From assembly GCA_013823725.1 (NCBI GenBank), contig PNMQ01000006.1, positions 1,746 to 65,745 of the forward strand: 64,000 nucleotides of DNA, in the 5' to 3' direction. The translations under genes were made by a program, and so were the position numbers. The stretch comes from Candidatus Pelagibacter sp. (GTDB lineage Bacteria; Pseudomonadota; Alphaproteobacteria; Paracaedibacterales; CAIOTO01). Positions 1-8,544 of this stretch are shown here, piece by piece (positions within the stretch are counted from its first letter, which is position 1; each line of letters begins with the position of its first letter). Under the pieces are notes generated by a model, which worked only from the letters and a program-made list of their open reading frames with translations, did not search any database and was not told where the DNA came from.

Positions 1-541
1 CTTCAATCTCTCAACCGTTGGAATTTTGAATGCTGAAAAGGGATTGATGATTCAAGATTTAAGATCTTGCGAAAAAACGTTTCAGCTTTTAACACAAATG
101 TCAGGTCGTGCAGGCCGTCATGAAAACACAAAAGGATACGTCATTATTCAAACAGACGATCCTTCGCATCCCCTTTTTCAAAGTCTCAAAAATTATAACC
201 GCAATGAATTTTATGATCTTGAATTAGCGCAAAGAGAATTATTTGAAATGCCACCATTTTTAAGGCTAGCGTCTGTGTTGATTTCCGGATTATCAGAAAA
301 ATTAGTTCAACAAACTTCTAGAAAACTTTTAGCGTGTATGAACAACAGTATAGAAGGAATTTCTATTCACGGTCCCACTGAAGCCGGCATATACCGAATG
401 AACTCACAATTTAGATTACGCTTTTTGATTCAAATACAGAAAAATAAGAACGTGCAGAAATTTATTCGTGATTGGCTATCTAATATCAAAATTCCATCGG
501 GAATTAAAATATATACTGATATAGATCCCATTAGTTTTTAG
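1..541 (+). CDS. priA: Primosomal protein N' (PriA helicase), C-terminal fragment; the gene starts upstream of the window
   Basis: The ORF is open from the window edge. It has the helicase motif VI-like TQMSGRAGRHENTKGYVIIQT and a PriA-type C-terminal domain. Confidence 0.9.
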   Translation, partial: FNLSTVGILNAEKGLMIQDLRSCEKTFQLLTQMSGRAGRHENTKGYVIIQTDDPSHPLFQSLKNYNRNEFYDLELAQRELFEMPPFLRLASVLISGLSEKLVQQTSRKLLACMNNSIEGISIHGPTEAGIYRMNSQFRLRFLIQIQKNKNVQKFIRDWLSNIKIPSGIKIYTDIDPISF

Positions 542-632
542 AAAAATATTTATCTATACAATGTAAAGGCAAAATAGTTTTAAGCATTGATTAAAATAAG
601 CATAAAAAAAGAATAAAAAACTTTCTTTTTTT

Positions 633-722
633 TGGCGGAGAGAGAGGGATTCGAACCCTCGATACAGTCTCCTGTATACACGATTTCCAATCGTGCGCCT
701 TCAACCGCTCGGCCACCTCTCC
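633..722 (-). tRNA. tRNA-Ser (anticodon GGA), long variable arm, CCA encoded in the gene
   Basis: The reverse complement reads GGAGAGGTGGCCGAGCGGTTGAAGGCGCACGATTGGAAATCGTG...GGTTCGAATCCCTCTCTCTCCGCCA. It folds as a cloverleaf with anticodon loop TTGGAAA, a class II variable arm and a TPsiC arm GGTTCGAATCC. Confidence 0.93.
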
Positions 723-822
723 GTTTATTTAATTACTTTAACCAATATTGACGACGAAGACAAGAATTTAATTGTTACAAGTTTTAAAAAACATCTTATC
801 TTTGATAATTTGTTCCAATTCA

Positions 823-1872
823 TTAAACCAATAAAACTTTAAAGTGCTCACCCATCATAGTTTTTGAAATCAAACGTGAGACTTGGATCGATAGTTCATG
901 TGCCCGATTAGGATTCGTTTGTGATAATTGCTGAAGACGAAGCAATATCCCCCATTCTTCTAAAAAATTTGCCTGGGTCATGATTTTGGTTTCTAGTGGA
1001 GAAAATGCCTTAGCAAAGTTTGAAAAATTTATTTGATGCGAAATATCTGCATCACCTAAGTAATCAAAAACGTTAACTTTTTGATGCCTGTACACGGTTT
1101 GCAATGTAGAAATAGATGATCCTTGAATATATCCATAGTCGAAAAAAATACATCTTCCTCCATCTCGTTCAATAATGTGTTTTAAAAATTGAGCAATTTT
1201 GATAGTTTCATCATCTTCTTCCTCAATTTCAATATTTGCATCATCACAGAACTCAAATGCTTGTGTTTGGTTTTTAAAATAAACTGTTCTCTCTATTCGT
1301 TGATTGAAGTGATCAGTGTAATATTGACGAATAGGTAAAGCATCAAAAAATTCGTTAGCGTAGCAATAAAGATATCCTTGTGATGAAATATCGCAGATAT
1401 CTGAAAAATGCTTTACTTTTAAAGCGTAATGATTTTTGTTCGACCATGATTCTAAAAGCTCCTTTTGAAGACTTTTGAAAGCATCGCTTTTTTCAATCAA
1501 AGATATATGAAGTGCATCCATAAAGTCGGGGTATTTTTTAAACACATTTAAGAGGTCAATCAATAAAGTTCCTCGCCCTGGACCCAATTCAACCAAATGT
1601 ATTTTCTGAGGTTTGCCTTTTTCATTCCAGTCATGAAGTATATATATAGCTATAACTTCACCAAAAAGTTGCGAAATTTCAGGAGACGTTATAAAGTCTC
1701 CACCACGGCCAATAACTCTATTTTTGGCGTAATACCCAAATTCAGGATGATAAAGTACCAGGTTCAAAAAATCGTATACTGCTATTTCCCCATCGCACAT
1801 GTTCTCTAATATAATAGACTGAAGGGATGAATCTGGCTGATCTTTAGAAAGAATCATTTTTTCAAAATACAT
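823..1872 (-). CDS. SAM-dependent methyltransferase, MidA/NDUFAF7 (DUF185) family
   Basis: Family motifs YHPEFGYY, GDFITSPEISQLFGE and VELGPGRGTL. An alternative start at 1857 forms an ATGA overlap with the lgt stop codon. Confidence 0.85.
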   Translation of the reverse strand: MYFEKMILSKDQPDSSLQSIILENMCDGEIAVYDFLNLVLYHPEFGYYAKNRVIGRGGDFITSPEISQLFGEVIAIYILHDWNEKGKPQKIHLVELGPGRGTLLIDLLNVFKKYPDFMDALHISLIEKSDAFKSLQKELLESWSNKNHYALKVKHFSDICDISSQGYLYCYANEFFDALPIRQYYTDHFNQRIERTVYFKNQTQAFEFCDDANIEIEEEDDETIKIAQFLKHIIERDGGRCIFFDYGYIQGSSISTLQTVYRHQKVNVFDYLGDADISHQINFSNFAKAFSPLETKIMTQANFLEEWGILLRLQQLSQTNPNRAHELSIQVSRLISKTMMGEHFKVLLV

Positions 1873-2642
1873 TTAATATAGATTCCTAAAACACCTACAA
1901 GAATCATGGGTAGAGATAAAATTTGGCCAGCCGTAAAATGAATCCCCAAAACCAAGAATTCTCCATCGGGAATGCGAAATAATTCGCAAAAGGATCGAAG
2001 CAACCCGTACAAAATTAAAAATGAAAATGATAAAAACCCGTCACCCGCATTTTTATATTTTTTGAAAAGAATATGTAATATGAATGCTAAAAAAAGACCT
2101 TCTGACAAAGCTTCATATATTTGACTAGGGTGTCTTGGTAAAGCATCTACTTGAAGAAAAATCATAGACCAAGGAAAATCAGATACTCGACCATAATGTT
2201 CCATATTTATCAGATTTCCAATACGACCGAAAAATAAACCGATAGGTGCACAAGTTGAAATAAGGTCACTGTATTTCCAAAAAGACACCTTCGTTTTCCT
2301 CGAATAATAAATCAAAGATAGTATCAGACCAACCATTCCACCATGGAACGACATTCCTCCTCCTCTGATCTCTAATATTTTGAAAGGATTTTGTACAATA
2401 GAATCCCAATCATAAAAAAGACAAAAACCTAGTCTTGCACCAATAATAACACCCAAAATGAGTGGGGTTAGCAAAGCATCAAAAATTTCCAGATCAATTT
2501 GGAACCTGATAGCTATCTTTCGTGCATAATTCCAAGCAAGCATAAGCCCAAGGCAATACAGAATGCCGTACCAAAAAATAGAAAATCCCATAACATTGAT
2601 AGCTATGGGATTAATTTTGGGAAACACAAAATGTGAATACAT
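1854..2642 (-). CDS. lgt: Prolipoprotein diacylglyceryl transferase
   Basis: Polytopic membrane protein with Lgt motifs GGMSFHGGMVG and FGRIGNLINMEHYGR. Confidence 0.93.
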   Translation of the reverse strand: MYSHFVFPKINPIAINVMGFSIFWYGILYCLGLMLAWNYARKIAIRFQIDLEIFDALLTPLILGVIIGARLGFCLFYDWDSIVQNPFKILEIRGGGMSFHGGMVGLILSLIYYSRKTKVSFWKYSDLISTCAPIGLFFGRIGNLINMEHYGRVSDFPWSMIFLQVDALPRHPSQIYEALSEGLFLAFILHILFKKYKNAGDGFLSFSFLILYGLLRSFCELFRIPDGEFLVLGIHFTAGQILSLPMILVGVLGIYIKCILKK

Positions 2643-2643
2643 C

Positions 2644-3156
2644 TTATAAAACGTGCTTTTGAATAAGTTGCTTTGTTTCTTCTGGGCCAGACCAATGACT
2701 AATTTTTACCCATTTATTTTTTTCTAAATCTTTATAGTGCGTAAAAAAATGTTCAATTTGTTTACAAATTCCTTCTGGGAGATCCTCGTAATGCTCAACT
2801 TTATAAAATGGATTAAGAGACTTATGCGGAACAGCAATGATTTTTTCATCCATCCCTTTTTCATCTTCCATGACTAACATTCCAATAGGTGTAACTTGAA
2901 CAATAACACCTGGTAGAAGAGGATATGGATCAATCACTAAAACGTCGACAGGATCTCCATCATCTGCTTTTGTGTGTGGAATAAATCCATAATGAGCAGG
3001 ATAATACATAGGAGTTTGAATATAGCGATCAACAAAGAGTGCACATGAATCTTTATCAAATTCATACTTCACCGGAAATGTGCCTTGTGGAATTTCTATA
3101 ATCACGTTTAAATTGTTTGGAATATCTATTCCTGCTTTAATTTTATCTAAATTCAT
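2644..3156 (-). CDS. ppa: Inorganic pyrophosphatase (family I)
   Basis: 170 aa with acidic active-site blocks DGDPVDVLV and EDEKGMDEKIIAV, typical of soluble PPase. Confidence 0.95.
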   Translation of the reverse strand: MNLDKIKAGIDIPNNLNVIIEIPQGTFPVKYEFDKDSCALFVDRYIQTPMYYPAHYGFIPHTKADDGDPVDVLVIDPYPLLPGVIVQVTPIGMLVMEDEKGMDEKIIAVPHKSLNPFYKVEHYEDLPEGICKQIEHFFTHYKDLEKNKWVKISHWSGPEETKQLIQKHVL

Positions 3157-3171
3157 AAATTTCTCTTAACT

Positions 3172-3822
3172 TTAGTTTTTCTTTAAAATATAGTAACGTA
3201 TTTCACGATCATGCAGAAGCGCTTTCTGATGATATCGTGTTTGAACATATTCCTTCCAAGGAAGGAATGCTTCATCTTTGTTCACCCAAGTAAACAGTTC
3301 TTTTGTCATCTCTGAATTTAAAATTTCTTCAATCCAACTTTGATAAGAAGCATGATCCGTAGCTATTCGAAACTCGCCATTGTTTTTTAACAAACGATGT
3401 AAAGTGGGTAAATTATCTTGATGAAAAAATCGTCTTTTCCAATGCTTTTTTTTAGGCCAAGGATCTGGGAATAGTAGATATAAAACATCTAACACTTTAT
3501 CTTTCATACCGGCTATTAAAAATCGAGCATCACCATTGAGAATCGAAATATTTTCAACATTATGTTCCTCTATTTTTTGAAGCAAGTGAGCAACACCGTT
3601 TTCAAAAGGTTCACATCCTAAAAATAAGCACGAAGGATTATGAGTTGCTTGATGAAATATATGTTCACCACCACCAAAACCAATTTCCATAATTTTGGGT
3701 TCACTGCATTCTTTTAAAAAATTCTCACAAGAAAGTTTTGGGAGCAATGACTGCATTAAAATATTTTGTTCTTGTGTAAGCGATCCACACCGCCTTCTAC
3801 CATATAATCTTTGAGACGTCAT
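3172..3822 (-). CDS. trmB: tRNA (guanine-N7)-methyltransferase
   Basis: EIGFGGGEH SAM-binding motif plus the TrmB signature FPDPWPKKKHWKRRF. Confidence 0.92.
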   Translation of the reverse strand: MTSQRLYGRRRCGSLTQEQNILMQSLLPKLSCENFLKECSEPKIMEIGFGGGEHIFHQATHNPSCLFLGCEPFENGVAHLLQKIEEHNVENISILNGDARFLIAGMKDKVLDVLYLLFPDPWPKKKHWKRRFFHQDNLPTLHRLLKNNGEFRIATDHASYQSWIEEILNSEMTKELFTWVNKDEAFLPWKEYVQTRYHQKALLHDREIRYYILKKN

Positions 3823-3857
3823 TGAAAATAGACTTTAAAAAAATTTATCGTACAAAA

Positions 3858-3933
<76 letters not shown>

Positions 3934-4032
3934 ATTCGTTATAAACGATACTTAATAACATAGAAAAAAAACTACCACATTGCAATAAAAAAGGATAGCC
4001 TTAATATATAGACCTTTCATTAAATATTTTTC

Positions 4033-5166
4033 TTGAAAAACATTGATCTATTTCTAAAACCTTTCAACTTGCATAATGGTGCAGGTGAAATGCTTATCTA
4101 TAATCCTGTTTATAATGAAATAATAGAAGCCAGAAGAGAAGATGACCCTACCCTTTCACAAGGAATATGGAAACAAAAACCAAAAATTGCAGACTGGAAT
4201 AAAGCAGAGAATTTAACAACTGATATTTTAATAAACAAAAGCAAAGACCTTAGAGTCTTGGGCTGGTTGATTGAATCATGGGTCATGACACAAGGACTGC
4301 AAGGTCTTAATCAATCTTTAATTTTATTGCAAAAATTTTGCGAAACATTTTGGCCTGTTCTTTACCCCAATGCCTATTCTATTTTTGAAGAACTTAGGCC
4401 CGAAAAAGATGATAATGATTCTCTTTTTAACGAACAAACCATTCCATCGGATGAAACATTTGCCCTGTACGTAGCAGAACACAGAATAGCATTATTTGAA
4501 TGGATCGATTCAACTTTATCTCAAAGACTGCATACTCTTCCTCTGTTTCAAACAGAATCTGCATCGCATCTACATTTTATTTCTATAGCTGATTGGATAA
4601 AATATCAAGATGAATATCAATATAAAAAACGTCTTGGTTCTGAAGAACAAATAGATAACGATTTTGTGCAAAATATTACAAAAATACATATTAATGCGAT
4701 AACACAATTACAAGACATTTTGAATCTAAACGAAGATGCTTTAAAATCTTTAGAAAACACGTTATTGCATTTTGATTTGAACAAGATCGTTGAGTTTAAA
4801 AATATACACAATTTTATCCATCACGCAAGGTCAATGATTCATTTTTATTTCAAGAAAAACAACATACAACCCTTGGAAGAAAAATGTAATATCCCATCTA
4901 ATATCATGTCTGAATATACACCACCTATTCCTTCTTCTACAGATCATGCATCTTCCCCGCAAATAGTTAGCAACAGAGATGATGCGTATGTTGCGCTCAG
5001 TCAAATCAAAGATTTTCTAAATTCCATAGATCCTCATAGTCCATCATTAATGCTTTTAGACCTTGCCATTCAATGGCAAAATAAATCTTTTGTAGAAATT
5101 GTAGATGATATTCAAAATGGGAATTCAAGCACTCATGCCCTTTTACGCATTTTTAATAAAAATTAG
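4033..5166 (+). CDS. tssA: Type VI secretion TssA-like protein (ImpA_N domain plus conserved TssA C-terminal motif); apparent TTG start
   Basis: The N-terminus matches the ImpA_N pattern: EDDPTLSQGIWKQKPKIADWNKAENLTTDILINKSKDLRVLGWLIESW...FWPVLYP. The C-terminus carries the TssA-type DPHSPSLMLLDLAIQWQNKSFVEIV motif (compare EPHSPVPYLL..RA..W). Confidence 0.75.
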   Translation: MKNIDLFLKPFNLHNGAGEMLIYNPVYNEIIEARREDDPTLSQGIWKQKPKIADWNKAENLTTDILINKSKDLRVLGWLIESWVMTQGLQGLNQSLILLQKFCETFWPVLYPNAYSIFEELRPEKDDNDSLFNEQTIPSDETFALYVAEHRIALFEWIDSTLSQRLHTLPLFQTESASHLHFISIADWIKYQDEYQYKKRLGSEEQIDNDFVQNITKIHINAITQLQDILNLNEDALKSLENTLLHFDLNKIVEFKNIHNFIHHARSMIHFYFKKNNIQPLEEKCNIPSNIMSEYTPPIPSSTDHASSPQIVSNRDDAYVALSQIKDFLNSIDPHSPSLMLLDLAIQWQNKSFVEIVDDIQNGNSSTHALLRIFNKN

Positions 5167-5174
5167 GTTTTTGC

Positions 5175-6200
5175 ATGCATCTTATCAATAAAACATTTCA
5201 TCACTTTTATCAAAAAAACTATAGAGAGATCATCGATTATGCCCAAGAATTATGTGACGATGGCCATCAAGTTATAAATTTAACACCTCATTCCATTATA
5301 CCCAAAGGGAGTTTTTTCAACAAAGAAAGTGCTTCTTTTCTTGATAAGCTTATTCAACCTAATGACGACTCTATAAACCACGATTCACATCTAAAGCATT
5401 CACCTTATCTGCAAAAAATCGACAAAAATAAATCAGATATCCACTCTTTTTTATCTTCTCTAGCAGATTTAACCCTATGTGAAGAAGATGAAATTATCGT
5501 ATTCCCAGGTTACGATATTGCTTGGGTAACAATTGCTACCAACAGAAAAGTTGTCCTTAAAACCTTATCCAATCCTGACAAGAATGCATTTCATTTTGAT
5601 GACTATCGATATCTTATCAATTCAAGAACAAAGTGGATTGTGCTGGATCATAACGCCTATTTTTACAATAATTTGCATAATGACTTTTTATCGAAATTTT
5701 CAGAATACTTACTAGATTTTCCAAATATTATTATTATCGACCTTTTAAGCAACAATATCGCTGATAAAACAAACAACATCTGCAAAATCGAACCACGATT
5801 AACATTTAGAAATATCATCATAGAGCCCAAAAAAATTAAAAAGACGAGTATTTACATACCCAAAGTGTTATTGGAATTTTTGTATTTCTTTAAACTGGAA
5901 AGTTTACCTTTTGATCCATCAATCATCGAAATGAATATTAAAACAATTCGTAACTTACTTGATGAAAAAACGTTTCAAATAAATTCACAATGTGGCGCAT
6001 TATTTATCCACAAAAAATTCATCTCCTCTTATGAGAATTCTCCCCTACATAGTGAACACGAGGCAATTTTCAGTATATTAAACAAGAAAGGTATTTTAGT
6101 AGACGAAGGATCAATGTATGGTATGCAAAATTTTATAGCGTTAGGCTTAACGCATGAACCAACTTTATTCAGCTCTAGTATTCAAAAATTATTAGCATAA
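5175..6200 (+). CDS. Hypothetical protein, possibly a highly divergent class I/II aminotransferase fold
   Basis: It starts 9 bp after tssA on the same strand. The block order resembles aminotransferases: GHQVINLTP, EDEIIVFPGYDIAW, TKWIVLDHNAYFYN, IIIIDLLSN, EPKKIKK, GILVDEGSMYG...ALGL. The canonical NPxNPTG, DEaY and SxSK motifs are degraded. Confidence 0.5.
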   Translation: MHLINKTFHHFYQKNYREIIDYAQELCDDGHQVINLTPHSIIPKGSFFNKESASFLDKLIQPNDDSINHDSHLKHSPYLQKIDKNKSDIHSFLSSLADLTLCEEDEIIVFPGYDIAWVTIATNRKVVLKTLSNPDKNAFHFDDYRYLINSRTKWIVLDHNAYFYNNLHNDFLSKFSEYLLDFPNIIIIDLLSNNIADKTNNICKIEPRLTFRNIIIEPKKIKKTSIYIPKVLLEFLYFFKLESLPFDPSIIEMNIKTIRNLLDEKTFQINSQCGALFIHKKFISSYENSPLHSEHEAIFSILNKKGILVDEGSMYGMQNFIALGLTHEPTLFSSSIQKLLA

Positions 6201-6340
6201 AATATTAAGACACAGAAAAAGGTTTAAAAAAACAGATTGGACATCTTTCACTTTTACCATTCACTCTTAACATCAGTTATGGCATTATAGCTATACTATA
6301 GCGCATCTACCTTACTAAAAAATTTATAGAGGAATTTCTA

Positions 6341-7588
6341 ATGGTTCATAATAATGATGAGGATAAAAATAATCACTCCAATGATAACCCATGGGATGAT
6401 GATTTTAAAGAAGACGAATCTACTGCAAACAAGCATAAGAAAAAAGTAAGCAATGAGGAATCTTCTATTCATTCCCATCATAACAACAGACATTCTCCAG
6501 AACCCTCCATTGATTTAAAAAATATTATTGAAAACCTCTTTCAAAATACAAATAAACCAGGTCCTTCAGAAAAAAAAGTTTTTGAATTTTCAAATTATTT
6601 TGATAAAAAAAAATCAGGGCATTCAGGACCTCCACATGAACATGCGCCTAAAAAAGTATTTTTTCTTATTGCAGGAATGTTAACAGCAATTTGGCTAGGC
6701 TCTGGTGTTTACCGAGTACAAGAAACAGAAACAGCCATAGTTTTGCGTTTTGGAAAATTACTTAGCAAAGACCCCATAGGACCAGGTTTACATTATCGAT
6801 TACCCTATCCTTTTGAAGAAGAAATTGTTAAAAACGTTACCGAAAACAGAATCATGGATAGCACCAAACAAATTGCTCTCAACAGGGTCAGTGAAACTGG
6901 TTTAAAGTCAGATCCTACACTTGTTTTAACTGGCGATGAAAACATTCTTCATGTCAGCTACACCGTTACATGGAAAATCAATGATGTTCCTGAATATGTC
7001 TATGCAACACAAACCCCCGAAGATATAGTATTATCCGCTACCGAAAGTGTGATACGTGAAGTCGTTGGTCAATCTAGTGCTCTGGATATTTTAACAGATC
7101 AACGTGCCAGTGTTTCTACAAAAGCCACAGAATTATTACAAAAGATTTTGGCCGAATATAAAATGGGCGTAGAAATTATAAGAGTGGAACTTCAAAAAGC
7201 AGAACCACCTCGAGAAATTGTGGCTGCCTTTAACGATATGCAAGCATCTTTAACAGACGGTGACAGCTTAAGAATTAAAGCAGACGCTTATAGATCTGAA
7301 GTCGTTCCAAAAGCAAGAGGTGAAGCATCTCAAATCATTCAAAAAGCAGAAGGGTATGCAGCAGAGGTCATAGCAAGAGAAGAAGGTAATGCGGAGCGGT
7401 TTAAAATGATTTATCAAAAATACCTAGAAAATAAATCTGTCGTTTCTCAAAGTCTGTATATTGACGCAATGGATTCTGTGCTTTCTAAAACAAAAAAGAA
7501 AATTGTAGACTTAGGATCTGGAAAGACATTTCTTCCTCACCTTGACCTCAGTTCAAATCAAAATACCCAGACACATAAAAAGAAATAA
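6341..7588 (+). CDS. hflK: FtsH protease modulator HflK (SPFH/band 7), with a roughly 100-aa low-complexity N-terminal extension
   Basis: One TM segment followed by an SPFH domain and a C-terminal coiled region (AYRSEVVPKARGEASQIIQKAEGY). Paired with hflC downstream. Confidence 0.9.
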   Translation: MVHNNDEDKNNHSNDNPWDDDFKEDESTANKHKKKVSNEESSIHSHHNNRHSPEPSIDLKNIIENLFQNTNKPGPSEKKVFEFSNYFDKKKSGHSGPPHEHAPKKVFFLIAGMLTAIWLGSGVYRVQETETAIVLRFGKLLSKDPIGPGLHYRLPYPFEEEIVKNVTENRIMDSTKQIALNRVSETGLKSDPTLVLTGDENILHVSYTVTWKINDVPEYVYATQTPEDIVLSATESVIREVVGQSSALDILTDQRASVSTKATELLQKILAEYKMGVEIIRVELQKAEPPREIVAAFNDMQASLTDGDSLRIKADAYRSEVVPKARGEASQIIQKAEGYAAEVIAREEGNAERFKMIYQKYLENKSVVSQSLYIDAMDSVLSKTKKKIVDLGSGKTFLPHLDLSSNQNTQTHKKK

Positions 7589-7632
7589 GGCCATCACATG
7601 AACACATCAAACTCTTGCGAAAGGTTTCAAAA

Positions 7633-8511
7633 ATGAACACACAGCAATCCTTAAAATCATTTATGATCATTGTTATTGGTATTATTTTAGCCGTTATCTA
7701 CAGCGGTTTTTTTATCGTTAACGAAGGTAATCAAGCTATTACACTGCAATTTGGGGAACTCAACAAAATCCACACAGACCCTGGCTTAAAATTCAAAGTG
7801 CCATTCATACAAGATGTATGGTTCTTTGAAAAGCGCGTCATTGAATTTGATTCAACTTTCATAGACGTCAAAACTGTCGATCGTAAAAGATTATTCGTTA
7901 ATGCGTACGTTTTATACAAAATTAAAGATGTTGCTAACTTTTATAGAACCGTTCGACCAGCAAATGAATACGGAACAAAAGCACGTTTAGAAACTATAGT
8001 TCCAAGTAGTATAAAAAATGTGTTGGGTAGAATTCCATTGCGCGACTTACTCAGTCCTAAAAGACACGGAGCAATGACTGAAATCAGATCTGAAATCAAA
8101 CGTCGATCAGAACCATTGGGTCTTGAAGTCATAGATGTTCGCATAGTACGAACAGAGCTACCAGAAGAAAATAGGCCTGCTGTCTATGAACGTTTTAAAC
8201 AAAGCCTTGTCCAAACAGCAAAGGGTAACAGAGCTGAAGGCGAAGAAAAATCCAGAACAATTAAAGCTTCAGCTGATCGTGAATGTGTGATATTATTGGC
8301 TCAAGCAAATAAGAAATCGCAAGAAATAAAAGGTAAAGGAGATTCTCTAGCTTTAAAAGTTGCAAATGAAGCGTACAAACAAGACCCTGAATTTTACTCC
8401 TTTTATCGATCCCTGGAGACTTACAAAAAACATATGAATACCGATGTTGAAATGATATTATCATCTGAGCATCCATACTTAAAATATATGCTTCAAACAC
8501 CTAAAAATTAG
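7633..8511 (+). CDS. hflC: FtsH protease modulator HflC (SPFH/band 7)
   Basis: N-terminal TM segment, then an SPFH domain (VNEGNQAITLQFGEL, DVRIVRTELPEE). The ATG at 7633 is preferred over the TTG at 7615. Confidence 0.9.
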   Translation: MNTQQSLKSFMIIVIGIILAVIYSGFFIVNEGNQAITLQFGELNKIHTDPGLKFKVPFIQDVWFFEKRVIEFDSTFIDVKTVDRKRLFVNAYVLYKIKDVANFYRTVRPANEYGTKARLETIVPSSIKNVLGRIPLRDLLSPKRHGAMTEIRSEIKRRSEPLGLEVIDVRIVRTELPEENRPAVYERFKQSLVQTAKGNRAEGEEKSRTIKASADRECVILLAQANKKSQEIKGKGDSLALKVANEAYKQDPEFYSFYRSLETYKKHMNTDVEMILSSEHPYLKYMLQTPKN

Positions 8512-8544
8512 ATTCACATTAAAAATTTTACGAGAAAAAAATTT

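Noticed and set aside
6341-6660. Acidic/His-rich low-complexity N-terminal extension of HflK
   Set aside because: HflK N-termini vary in length and are compositionally biased in many bacteria. Nothing here points to a separate function or a fused gene.
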